Source: Paraspadella gotoi
Taxonomy: Eukaryota; Animalia; Chaetognatha
Direction: 5' to 3'
Length of the DNA: 64,000 nt
Assembly (NCBI GenBank): GCA_051294375.1
Contig: CM119267.1
Coordinates: forward strand, 7,261,205-7,325,204
The notes beneath the pieces were generated by a model, which saw only the letters and a program-made list of their open reading frames with translations, was not told the origin of the DNA and did not search any database. Below, one piece after another: positions 54,255-64,000 of the stretch (positions are counted from its first letter, which is position 1; the number at the start of each line of letters is the position of its first letter). A program made the translations under genes and the position numbers.

Positions 54255-57200
54255 TTTCACTTCTTTTCAAAACTCAATCTGTCCTTATCTTCAGCCTGTC
54301 CTCACAACTGACCAGTGACCAGTGACCACTGTCCTTTACTCAACTCTGTGTTTGAAAATGTCAAAAATTGTTGTCTAAATAATAAAACCCTATAAATTTT
54401 TAATTCGAACGAAAATTTAAGTATTTTCTCATCACAGACATTATGCTCTGAGGGTTAATGAATAGTCATTCAGTCCATATTGAAGTGTGTGAACCGTGTG
54501 TATTATGTATACTATGCACTATGCAGTAGGCTCATAAATCGACGATAATCCGTGATTTTCTTTTTCTTTTTTTTTTTCAGGACGAATTTGAGGAACATCT
54601 TTAAACAACTGGATACGGACGGCAACGAAATCATCGACTATGAAGAACTGCTCACCTTGACCGCATCGACCGCTGGTAAGGTTTTATTTTAGATTGATAT
54701 TCCCTTGAAAATACGATAACCATTTGAAAATATTAATATCGAAACCCAGCGACTGATTCTTCTCCCATTTTTCCATTTGCAGTCGTAGTACCCGACACGG
54801 AGGACGACGAGATCGCCATGGCAACTATCAACTTACCCGAATTCAAAGAAAAGTGGGAAAAATATGTCCAAGATGCTTGCATCCCGAGCGATAAAGCCGA
54901 AACCTACTTTAAAAAGGCAAAAAATTAGTATATAATTGTCGATTGTACTTTTTACAACGAGTTTTAATCGTAAGAATGGTGTTAATTTTTAGGTGGCGGA
55001 GTTGGCAACTGACAATGGAAGCATCACATGCGGCATGACGGCCCAACCACCCGTGAATGAATGCGACCCACAGGATGAGGTCGGTATTTTCATTAACAAC
55101 GATGAACTTGATGAATGCTTTTCTTTTTCAATGGAATGATTTCTTTATCATTTAGCGATTCTAATTTATTTCAACGAGTTTAAATAATTTAAAACAAGGA
55201 AATTAACATTATTTAAAAAACAAGTTTGAGCATGTTAGAGGGTGATAAATAATAATAATAATAATAATAATAAATAATAATATAAATAAACACGAATCAA
55301 GTAAGCAATGATTAATAATAATATGCATCGGTAGGTTTAGAGTCTTTGAGATTGTTCACGACAAGCAAAGAATGTCGGATCTGCCTACGATAATTAAGCG
55401 GTAATAAGCTAATCCGATGATAAATCATGATAATTTTTCTGACTCTCAATTTGTGATTATAACAAATCATAACAGGCTTCTTAATAAATCTATGAAAAAA
55501 TATATAAATCAATTGATATATCAATCATTACCAGTAGCTGTGCCTATACCAACTTGCATAATTTGGTCAACTTTCATAATTTAATCAACTTGCATACATA
55601 TAATAAAATCAACAGGCATAATTTGGTCAATTGGTATAATATGATCAACTGATGTAATTTGGTCAGGTGACGTAATTTGGTCATCTGGCTTGAATTGGTC
55701 AACTGGCATAATTTGGTTCTTAATTTGATCAACTGACATAATTAGGTAAACTGCATAATTTTGGCAACCGGCATAATTTGGTCAACTTGCATAATTCGAT
55801 CTACTTGCATAATTTAATCAACTTGCATTATTTGGTCAGCTGACATAATTTAGTCAACCGGCATAATTTTGTCAATCAATCAATCAATCAATCAATCAGA
55901 GAGAGATAGAGAGAAACTTTTAAAAATTGACATAAATGTGTCTTTTGGTTTTCTGTTTTAAACTCTTTTCCACTCCTATGATTCCATCAAAAACTTATAT
56001 CCAGCTTAATCTAATATACACACATACACATACATACCACATACATACATACATATATACATACATACATACCCACATACAAAATTTCATTTCAATTTAT
56101 CAATCCAATTTTTAATCAATATAATAATTATGAGTAAATATAAGTAAAAATGCAAAAATACAAGTAAATATAACTTTTGTTTTTTCTATATAAACTCATT
56201 TCCAAAATGTAAAAATACAAGTAAATATAACTTTTGTTTTTTCTATATAAACTCATTTCCATTCGCACGAATATTAGCGGTAATTAATTAATAAATTAAT
56301 TAATTTGATCCGAAATGTTTGTTTTTTGGTCACTTACCACGACAAAATCAACGACGACGATGATGGCGACGACGACAATAATGCCGATAACGATTGACTA
56401 AATTGATTGATTAATTGATTAAATAATTAATTAATTGATAAATAAATTGACTGATTGAATAATTAATTAATATATAAATAATTGATTGATTTAATAATTA
56501 ATTTATTGATTAATTGACTGTTTAATTATTCTTTATTAATTAATTAACTAATTGATTAATTAACTGATTAATTATTTGATTAATTAATACATCTTGCATA
56601 ATCAATTGGTGAAACAGGTTTATAGTTTTTTCCATTTAAACTCATTTCCACTCAGACGATTCCATCGAACTTGATTTCCAGCTTAATCACACACTTTCCT
56701 ACCCACATACAAAATTTCAAGTCAATCGTCCCATCCACTCATGAGTAATAATATATTCTTTGTTTTTTCTATTTAAACTCTGTTCCACTCCCACGATCCC
56801 ATCGAAACTTCATATTCAGCTCAATCACACACTTCCCTACCCACACACAAAATTTCATTCAAATCCATCCATCCAATCAGTTTTTTTGCTAAGGTTGGAT
56901 GGACGGACGGAAATCCTTTTTTTTTTTTTTTTTTTTTTTTGCATAATTTATTATAATTCGATATTTTGACATGATATATGTGAATGCCCGACAAGATTGA
57001 GGGGGCGGAACGACGGACCGACAAAGTGAATTATGGAGTCGGGATCTGACTAAAAATTATGTACATTATAATTGAAATAAATTAAAATTAAATTAAAATA
57101 AATTATCCGACTAAAAATTATGTACATTATAATTTGTGGTATTCCTTTCGTTTCGTTGTTTAGGTGTTTTAGTGAAAACAAAGTTTAGAGTTTGTATTAC

Positions 57201-59376
57201 AACGATTTTTATTTAATTTAATCAGACATGTTTCGACTCTTGTTCGAGCCTTCATCAAATTAAATAAAAATCGTTGTAATACAAACTCTAAACTTTGTTT
57301 TAACTAAAGTACATTATAATTGAAATAAATTATCAAGAATGGGGAATTTTCATTTTAACACTAAAAGTTGTGTACCCAATGGGTTGAAAACTAGATAATA
57401 ATGGTTAAGTGACTGTTAGAGATAATGAAAATGAAAATTATTTTTAAAATTTATCTTATTAATTAGCGCACGGAAGCATTTAAAGATTATTTTATTACTA
57501 TATAAAGTTTAAAATTTTTTTTTAATTTTTCAATTTTTTTTAATTGATTCTGAAAGAGCTTTAAAAGTTAGATAAAGGTTATAATACAAATTTTTTTAAA
57601 AATTTTGTTTTATTGATGAAAATTTAAAAAAACCATGAAATTCAGCCAATGATGATGATGATGATGATTTTTTAAGGTTTTTTATATTTTTAACCAATTT
57701 ATTGTCAAATTTTAAAAAAATTGTAGTACTAACCTTCATTTAACTTTTCAAGCTCTATAGGAATCCGTTCTTAAAAAATAAAATTTTTTTTAAAAAACTT
57801 GTTATTTGTTATATATTCATAAATATTTAAAAGCTTCAGTGCAACAACCCAATGAACTAATTCAAAAAGTTGTATTGAAAATCGATTTAGTAATAGAAGG
57901 AAAAAAGGAGTTTTTTTGAGAGAACTAAAAGTTATAAAAAGTGTTCAATTTTGGCCCGCCTGTAAATAATGAAGTCTGTCTTTGTCCTTCCCTTATATTA
58001 CGGGGCTTTGAAATGTTTCGAATAAATTTGGAACAAACATTATAAATATGGTTCAACAAATTAAAACTTTTGTCCAGGCCTCCAGCAACAAATACGCAAA
58101 GAATAAAAAAAAACATTAAATTTAAAATAAAAACTAAGCCCTGAAAATATAATTTGTAATATTCAAAACTGTCTTTCTTTTTCTTTCTTAGTGTTGCTTA
58201 TTGTTCAAGAAGTTCGACAATTTCATCACTGGAGATAACCAAGTCTCCGAAAAGGAGTTCTGCCTTAAGTTGGCGGAGGTAAGCTCAATAAGTTTTTTTT
58301 ACATACAGTATTTTAAAATTAAGAGGACTTTTTTCAATTCATGTTTTTATACGTGCTTTACGGAAAAACCTTCCATCTAAAATTCATCGGTATTGATAAA
58401 TATTATTCCGTAAACTACAATTACATTATTTAATTTTAAGTTGCATGGAATGGAAAGAAAAGAGGAGATGAAAAGAGAGATTAAGTGAGAAACGAAACAT
58501 AAAAGAAAGAAAATAAAGGAAAAGAAAAAGGGGGAAAAAAAAAGAAAAGGAGAGGAGAGAAAAGAGCAAAAGAGAAAAGAAGAAAGGATAGTAACAGACA
58601 GAAGAATAAGGGAGAGAAGAGGAAGATAGAAAGAAAAAATAGGTCAGTAATGGAAGTATTTGGTGATAAAAGGCCAGGAAAGGCAAGGCAAGGAAAAGAC
58701 ATGAGAGGAAAGAAGAGGAAAGGAGAGGAAAGAAGAGGAAAGAAGAGGAAAGAAGAGGAACGGAAAAGATAAGTGGGGGAAACTAAGGAAATAAAGATAA
58801 AATTGCTGAGGATCTTCCGGGTCGGTGATTTTTTTTCTGCTTCTTATGAGCACAAACGTTATATTACCCCAACCTCCCTTAACTGTAACCGGTAACCATC
58901 CCTAACCCTAACTACCCCTAACCCTAACCACTTCTAACCCTAACTATCCCTAACCACCACTAACTCTAACCACCCCTAACACTAGCTAGTAGCTACCCCA
59001 AACCCTAACCACTCCTAATCCTAACTAGCCTATGTACTCATAACCCTAACTACCCATAACCCTGACCACCCCTAATTCTCACCACCCCTAACCTTAACCA
59101 CCCACGACCCTAAATACCCTTAAACTTAACCAAAGCTTACCGGGGTTTGTTACAATAATACAATAATATATGCAAATATAAAAATAACCGACCGGTTGGG
59201 TTCCCGTCGGTGAAAGTAAAAGGAAAGGGAAGGAAAAGGAATAGAGTTAATTTTATTATAGATTTCTCTTTCGAGGTTTATTTGTTATTTTTTAACAGAT
59301 TAAAAATAGCAGATTGTTATTTTTTTTTTATTAATTTTTTTAGGTCATTCGCAAGGACAACCAGGATGAAGAATGA
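53527..59376 (+). CDS. Secreted Cys-rich EF-hand calcium-binding protein, ~186 aa, 6 exons (53527-53651, 54581-54675, 54783-54916, 54993-55079, 58192-58278, 59344-59376)
   Basis: Signal peptide MLRVLFLVGMMFASALAQ; EF1 NIFKQLDTDGNEIIDYEELL; degenerate hands TINLPEFKEKW, YFKKVAELATDNGSIT and LFKKFDNFITGDNQVSEKEFC. All junctions are phase-compatible. Intron 3 is GC-AG. The last exon is less certain. Confidence 0.8.
55545..55875. repeat. 18-bp minisatellite (AACTKGCATAATTTGGTC)n
   Basis: Directly visible degenerate tandem array in intron 4 of the EF-hand gene. Confidence 0.9.
57135..57308 (-). mobile_element. Second copy of the hammerhead-carrying fold-back element; 13-bp TSD
   Basis: 52-bp inverted arms at 57168-57219 and 57257-57308 (1 mismatch). 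The minus strand reads TTGATGA-a-GGCTC-gaacaa-GAGTC-GAAA-CATGTC, with the same AACAACGAAA.GAAAGGA.TA.CACA tail as copy 1. The direct repeat GTACATTATAATT lies at 57122-57134 and 57309-57321. Confidence 0.75.
57467..57843. mobile_element. AT-rich imperfect palindrome, probable degraded MITE
   Basis: GCACGGAAGCATTTAAA at the left matches the reverse complement TGCACTGAAGCTTTTAAA at the right. Internal arms GATTCTGAAAGAGCTTTAAAAGTTA and TAACTTTTCAAGCTCTATAGGAATC are near reverse complements. Confidence 0.6.
58890..59130. repeat. Degenerate interstitial (CCCTAA)n telomere-like repeat
   Basis: CCCTAACC-rich tract; a related degenerate GATTAG/TTAGGG tract lies at ~1400-1580. Confidence 0.7.
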
Positions 59377-59650
59377 GATGAAGAATTTTCTTCTATCGTA
59401 GACAAAATTGAAGATTTAAATTTTATTTTTGACCTAAAAATGATAAAACTATTTTTTTGAATAAAACCGTTTTTACTAATTTTACCTTCGTATTTTTCTT
59501 TTAATGGAAACGTTAGTTCATTTCAACTGAATTAAAATAAAAGGAACATAATAAAAAAGTATCTCGTAAAAAGGATGCAGTCTTTCAAACCCTTAATCAT
59601 AAGTGGGACGTTAAATCTTTTAATTTTTATTTTCAACATATACTATTATA

Positions 59651-60118
59651 CATAAGTATTCCCCGATCTAATACTTAAGGGAGTGGTCTTTTCATACAAT
59701 TGAAACATTCTTCATTTTTTGTCCAAAGTCAGGGGCAAGATAGCTTATTTATGAATGGATAATTTTTATATTGGTTGTACCAATTTCATAAAATTCAGCT
59801 CCTTGTATTTTGATGCTAGTGCGGAGTACAATAAGTATTCCCCGATCTAATACTTAAGGGAGTGGTCTTTTATACAATTGAAACATTCTTTGAAATATTT
59901 TCCACTTCATTGATAGGGAAGCCAGGTACTCTGGGAGTGAATAAACGAGACTGTGAGAGAGTCTTGATTGAAAGCTTGCAGGGACCTGCTATGTCATTAT
60001 CTTGTAAGAGTGATGGAGGCCTTAAACCACCAAAGCCTGTCCAAAGTCAGGGGCAAGATAGCTTATTTATTAAATGAATGGATAATATAATTTTTATATT
60101 GGTTGTACCAATTTCATA
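59651..60118 (+). mobile_element. Interspersed repeat family C with internal partial tandem duplication; other copies ~3775-3820/9790-9840 (-), 15392-15435 (-), 26187-26278 (+), 63637-63818 (-)
   Basis: Shared GGCCTTAAACCACCAAAGCCTGTCCAAAGTC.GGGGCAAGATAGCTTATTTAT...TTGGTTGTACCAATTTC. Class not determinable. Confidence 0.75.
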
Positions 60119-60557
60119 AAGAAACTAAGGGAAAAAATAGTTTCCAATATAATTGAAATCTTGTAGCACTTAATTATTTTATTATCTCGTTAGAGGGAGA
60201 GAGGCCGTAATCCACCTTAGCATGTCCATTGTCCAGTGTCCTGTGTCCACAGTTCAGTTTCCAGTGATCTGAGTCAGGTGTCAAAACTCAAAACCGAGCG
60301 TGTTCTTCTTTGAGTTAATTGGTTATGGAATGAACAGATAATTGTCTCTATTGTGGCAATGATTGAGATACCAATTGCGTATGCCTCGCGCACCTGGGAC
60401 ACGAAGCTTCACAGATAAAGTGATAACCCAAAACAAACGATGCCTTGTGTATAATTCCCGTCGCTCGTTCGATTTAAACCGGACTTTTTTCTCATTCCTG
60501 CCCGAACCAAAAAAAAAAAAAAAAAAATTTAAAAAACGATCCGTTCGAGATTTAAAA

Positions 60558-62153
60558 ATGATGTTCCAATTTTCATTGTTTCCGCTCCTGGCGGCGATCT
60601 ATCCGCTCCTGGCGCAAGACGCCGAGAAAGAGGCGTCTCTTTCGGGCCAGATCTTCATTCAAGGGGACATGCTGCTGGAGCCCGTCCAATACCGCGCCGC
60701 ATATCAATCGGGTGATCACGCCTCGTTCGCCGGCGCCGCGCTGGAGGACGAAAAGAAGCGATGGCCCAAGGGCGTCATTCCTTATAAGGTTTTTTTCCTA
60801 ATTTTTGTTCCTTTAGTTTTTTTTTTTGTTTTGTTTTGTTTTTTTCACCCGTCCATTTACGGTACATTATAAATAAGCCTTTTTCTACAAATTGACATTT
60901 CTGGTATTATTTTACTTTTGAAAAAAGAACCTTAGAAAAATATGGACGAGTCGGTTAAACCACCAGCAGCAAGCCTTCCCTCGGTTCCGAACTTCGGAGA
61001 ATCAAGGCAACTGGGTAATCCCCTTCTCACAATGCAGTGGGCAAATCAAGTGTGGGATCTATTCCACACCGTCAGAGGGGATTGGCCACCCCTTTTTACT
61101 CTCGGTCTCTTCACTGAGACTCGACCTCTTGAAAATTCTTTGAAAAATAATCGAAATATTAAGCTAAAGTTTCCCTTCCATCAACAAAAAACCGCGAGGT
61201 CGACTCGAGCCTCTCGAAGGCAACGAAGCGCAATCTGCAGACGGCGATGGAAAGGTGGAGCGCCAACACGTGCATCAAGTTCTATCCGGTGGGGCACCCG
61301 GAGACGGCGGGCGCTTGGGGTAGCATAAAGGTGATGGCCCAGAAGGGCTGCTGGGCGTCGGTGGGGCGGCGCTACACCGAGGCTAAAGTCTCGCTGGGTC
61401 GAGGATGCGAAACGGCGGCGGCTCACGAGCTGGGACACGTGATCGGGCTGCATCACGAGCAGTGTCGCACCGACCGAGACAAATACGTCAAGATTTTGAT
61501 GGGAAAAGTTTCCAGAGACCAAAGGTACGTTTACGTTACCCAATGGGTAATACCCATTGACCCACGCCTCTGAGATAGAAAAAAATTAGATTTCTTCAAG
61601 AATAGCTTAAGCTTTGTTAAATAAATATAAATATTTGTTGTTCCAATTTTTTACTTATTCCGATTTCTTCTCTTCGGCCACCTCCCGCTTTATAAACAAA
61701 AGGTACAATTTTGAAATCGCGACGGGCATTTCCAACTTCTCCGTCCCTTACGACTTCTGCTCCATCATGCACTACGGCACCACCGCCATGGGCATGGGAC
61801 GCCAAGCCACCATTCTCACGCGAGACCCGGATTACCAGCTTTCGATCGGAAACCGAGTGTCTCCCACCTTCACCGACTACAAGGTCGTCAACCTGATGTA
61901 CAAATGCTCGGCTCATTGCGCCGCCGATCCGGACTGCACCGGCGACTGCTACGTGGACCACAAGTGCCGGTGTCGATGTCCGTCGGCGACCGATTGCCCC
62001 AAACGACCGTGTCGCAACTACCTGCCCCTAGAAAAGTGCGACTACTACGCGGCGAACCGATTGTGCGGCGACGCCTTCGACTGCTCCGACTCGTGCGGTC
62101 TTTGCGGCGAAATTCGGAGGCAGAGGGAAAAGTACGACCTTCGTTTAGATTAG
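60558..62153 (+). CDS. Astacin-family (M12A) zinc metalloprotease, ~335 aa: signal, prodomain, catalytic domain, EGF-like, ShKT-like; exons 60558-60788, 61199-61524, 61703-62153
   Basis: Signal MMFQFSLFPLLAAIYPLLA, pro motif IQGDMLL, RWPKGVIPY, GCWASVG, HELGHVIGLHHEQCRTDRD (HExxHxxGxxHE..RxDRD), Met-turn YDFCSIMHY, and C-terminal C..CRCRCP and C-x8-C-x8-C-x5-C-x3-C-x2-C. Confidence 0.95.
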
Positions 62154-62423
62154 ATTTCGAGTTTTAAATGTCTTCATCTATAATGACAATATGACAATAA
62201 GTCTCACAAGCGGAAAATTTTTAATGAAATCTACGTTATAATTATAGTTATAATTATAATTTATAGTCGCTCTTTCTCTGTATATCACTTGGTGTAGTAC
62301 AAATAAAGTTAAAGAAGAATTCATTATATAGTAAAATATTAATCAATAATAATGGTATTCAAACAAAAACTTTTTTTAGTAGTCGCTATTATGAAGGACT
62401 AAAATCCACAAACCATTCATCAG

Positions 62424-62560
62424 CGGCCATTGGTGCAGGAGCCAAGTCCTTCGCCTCCCAACCCAAAGGTCCGGGGTTCTAGCCCGGTGGTCGCCTAGCA
62501 GTTAAGAGGGACGGGGCGCTTAACCCGCCAGTAACATGTTGTTACAGCCTGATCCGAAGC
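62424..62560 (+). mobile_element. tRNA-derived SINE head (Pol III A/B boxes)
   Basis: TGGTGCAGGAG (A-box-like) and CCGGGGTTCTAGCCCGG (T-arm/B-box GGTTCNANNCC-like) at tRNA spacing; no intact cloverleaf seen. Confidence 0.5.
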
Positions 62561-62979
62561 TTAGACACTACTTATATTGAACGGTTCTGTCACTAAGTTG
62601 CATATTGTCCTTTTCAAAGTTAAGGATTCCATACCCTGATTATTTTTTAAATCGACTTTTCTCGAAAGAATCGATTATAATATTTAAAAAAAGGGAAAAA
62701 AATAATGGATTTTTTCTCCTTAGCTTGTTTGATAGCTTCGTTAATTACTCCAGAGAAAATGGAAAAATCAATGGTTAGATCTTATCTCATGCCAAGGCTT
62801 ATTAAAGTGTTTCTCTGTATGAAGCAAAAATATTGAAGAAAATCCTAACGGCGCTCCCCCGCGAAGATTTTTTTCCTGAGCAAAAAAAAAAAAAAAAAAA
62901 GACAAATTTGACGCTTGGACACCTCATTAGGAGAAAATGTCGCGTCAAAAAAAAAATCGATGTTAATCGTTGGCGTTCT

Positions 62980-63035
62980 CTCATTGGTCGATTCTTAGCG
63001 ATAGCGTTTCCATTGGCGAAGGCTCTCTCTTTTAA
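62980..63035 (+). promoter_or_regulatory. Candidate promoter: two inverted CCAAT boxes plus TTTTAAAA upstream of the gene at 63099
   Basis: CATTGG at ~62983 and ~63011, TTTTAAAAAG at ~63030, followed by a GC-rich exon. Motif-only evidence. Confidence 0.3.
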
Positions 63036-63098
63036 AAAGCCTCACCTCATTTCGGATTCTTCCTCTCGTCTCCGTCATTCACGAGGCGTCTTTGGTGA

Positions 63099-63930
63099 AT
63101 GACCGCTGTCGCAGAGGGCGCTGGGCGTCGCTCGAGGATGTTCCCGTCTCTGCAAAAGGCTCGGCCTCTGCCGCGAATCGACCCCTCGTCCACATGGGAG
63201 CAGTCTCCTTCGTTGTCGCTATGCGACTACTCCGCCTCGAAGATGACCCCGGTGAGGAACGTGGGGGGGGGGGAACTGGGAAATAATTTAGGGAGCGGAA
63301 AGAGAGAATGTTTAATTGTTTATGTCAGAGCCTCTACTAGAGGATTATTAACAGTATTGATAGAAAAGAGATAAGAAAATTAAGGAACAACAAATGAGAA
63401 AACGACTTAATACAGCCAATCTCAGTGGCTCAGCGGGGGAACGCACAATCCCAACCGTGCGTTCTATCCTCAGTCCTAAGGATTTCCCGCTGCGTTGGCA
63501 AAGCGTAACGCTACTTGCTAAACCGCGCCAGTGCCAGATGGCGTCATTGAGGGTTAGATACCCCTAACGACTATATAATATATACATAGGTGATATCCCT
63601 CAAGTATAAGGGCATCACATGCTACCAGGCTGATGCTATGAAATTGGTACAACCAATATAAAAATTATCCATTCATTTAATAAATAAGCTATCTTGGCCC
63701 TGATTTTGAACACTTTGGACAGGCTTTGGTGGTTTGAGGCCTCCATCACTCTTACAAGAGAATGACATAGCAAGTCCCTCCATGCTTTCACTCCCAGAGT
63801 ACCTGGCTTCCCTATCAATTTCTAATCCATTTCACCGAATTATTCCCATCTCGCTAAAGGCAACATCTTCGGCGGGGTCTCTCTCGCCGTCACAGCTGGA
63901 CCAAGCGTTGATGGTGATGCTCAACATCAA
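63099..63930 (+). CDS. 5' exons of an unidentified gene continuing beyond the window (63099-63251, 63861-63930)
   Basis: MTAVAEGAGRRSRMFPSLQKARPLPRIDPSSTWEQSPSLSLCDYSASKMTP|gtgag, then taaag|ATSSAGSLSPSQLDQALMVMLNI(K/N)|gtcagt; phase 0 junction, GC-rich. Confidence 0.55.
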
Positions 63931-64000
63931 GTCAGTAAAAGAAAAAAAAAACTATAAACGTACATACGAATTAGCAAACTGTATCATTTTAATTCAGAGC

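Noticed and set aside
62424-62495. Functional tRNA gene
   Set aside because: A/B-box-like motifs are present but I could not fold convincing D and anticodon arms; treated as a SINE head.

Overview
This is AT-rich, repeat-rich animal (invertebrate-like) genomic DNA from a gapped draft assembly, with GC/CpG-rich exons standing out from AT-rich introns; the taxon cannot be determined from the sequence. Gene models were assembled by hand from splice sites and reading-frame phase. (1) A ~38 kb, >=13-exon plus-strand gene (13604-51579) encodes a type I membrane protein with a signal peptide, four Ig-like domains, one TM helix and, unusually, a cytoplasmic C-terminal EF-hand pair. (2) A fukutin/LicD-family gene is nested antisense in one of its introns (33343-35006); its catalytic Asp positions appear replaced by His. 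(3) A 6-exon secreted Cys-rich EF-hand protein gene (53527-59376, one GC-AG intron) lies directly downstream. (4) A 3-exon astacin metalloprotease with EGF-like and ShKT-like modules occupies 60558-62153. (5) Another gene starts at 63099, and tentative terminal exons of an upstream gene lie near the window start. Non-genic highlights are two ~180-bp TSD-flanked fold-back elements, each enclosing a minimal hammerhead-ribozyme core (Penelope-like), a ~1 kb palindromic hAT-type MITE with an 8-bp TSD, several SINE-like and Helentron/DINE-like families, and many mini/microsatellites. A ~6 kb tandem near-duplicate (1.3-13.3 kb) and a noisy 28-33 kb stretch are probably at least partly assembly artefacts.
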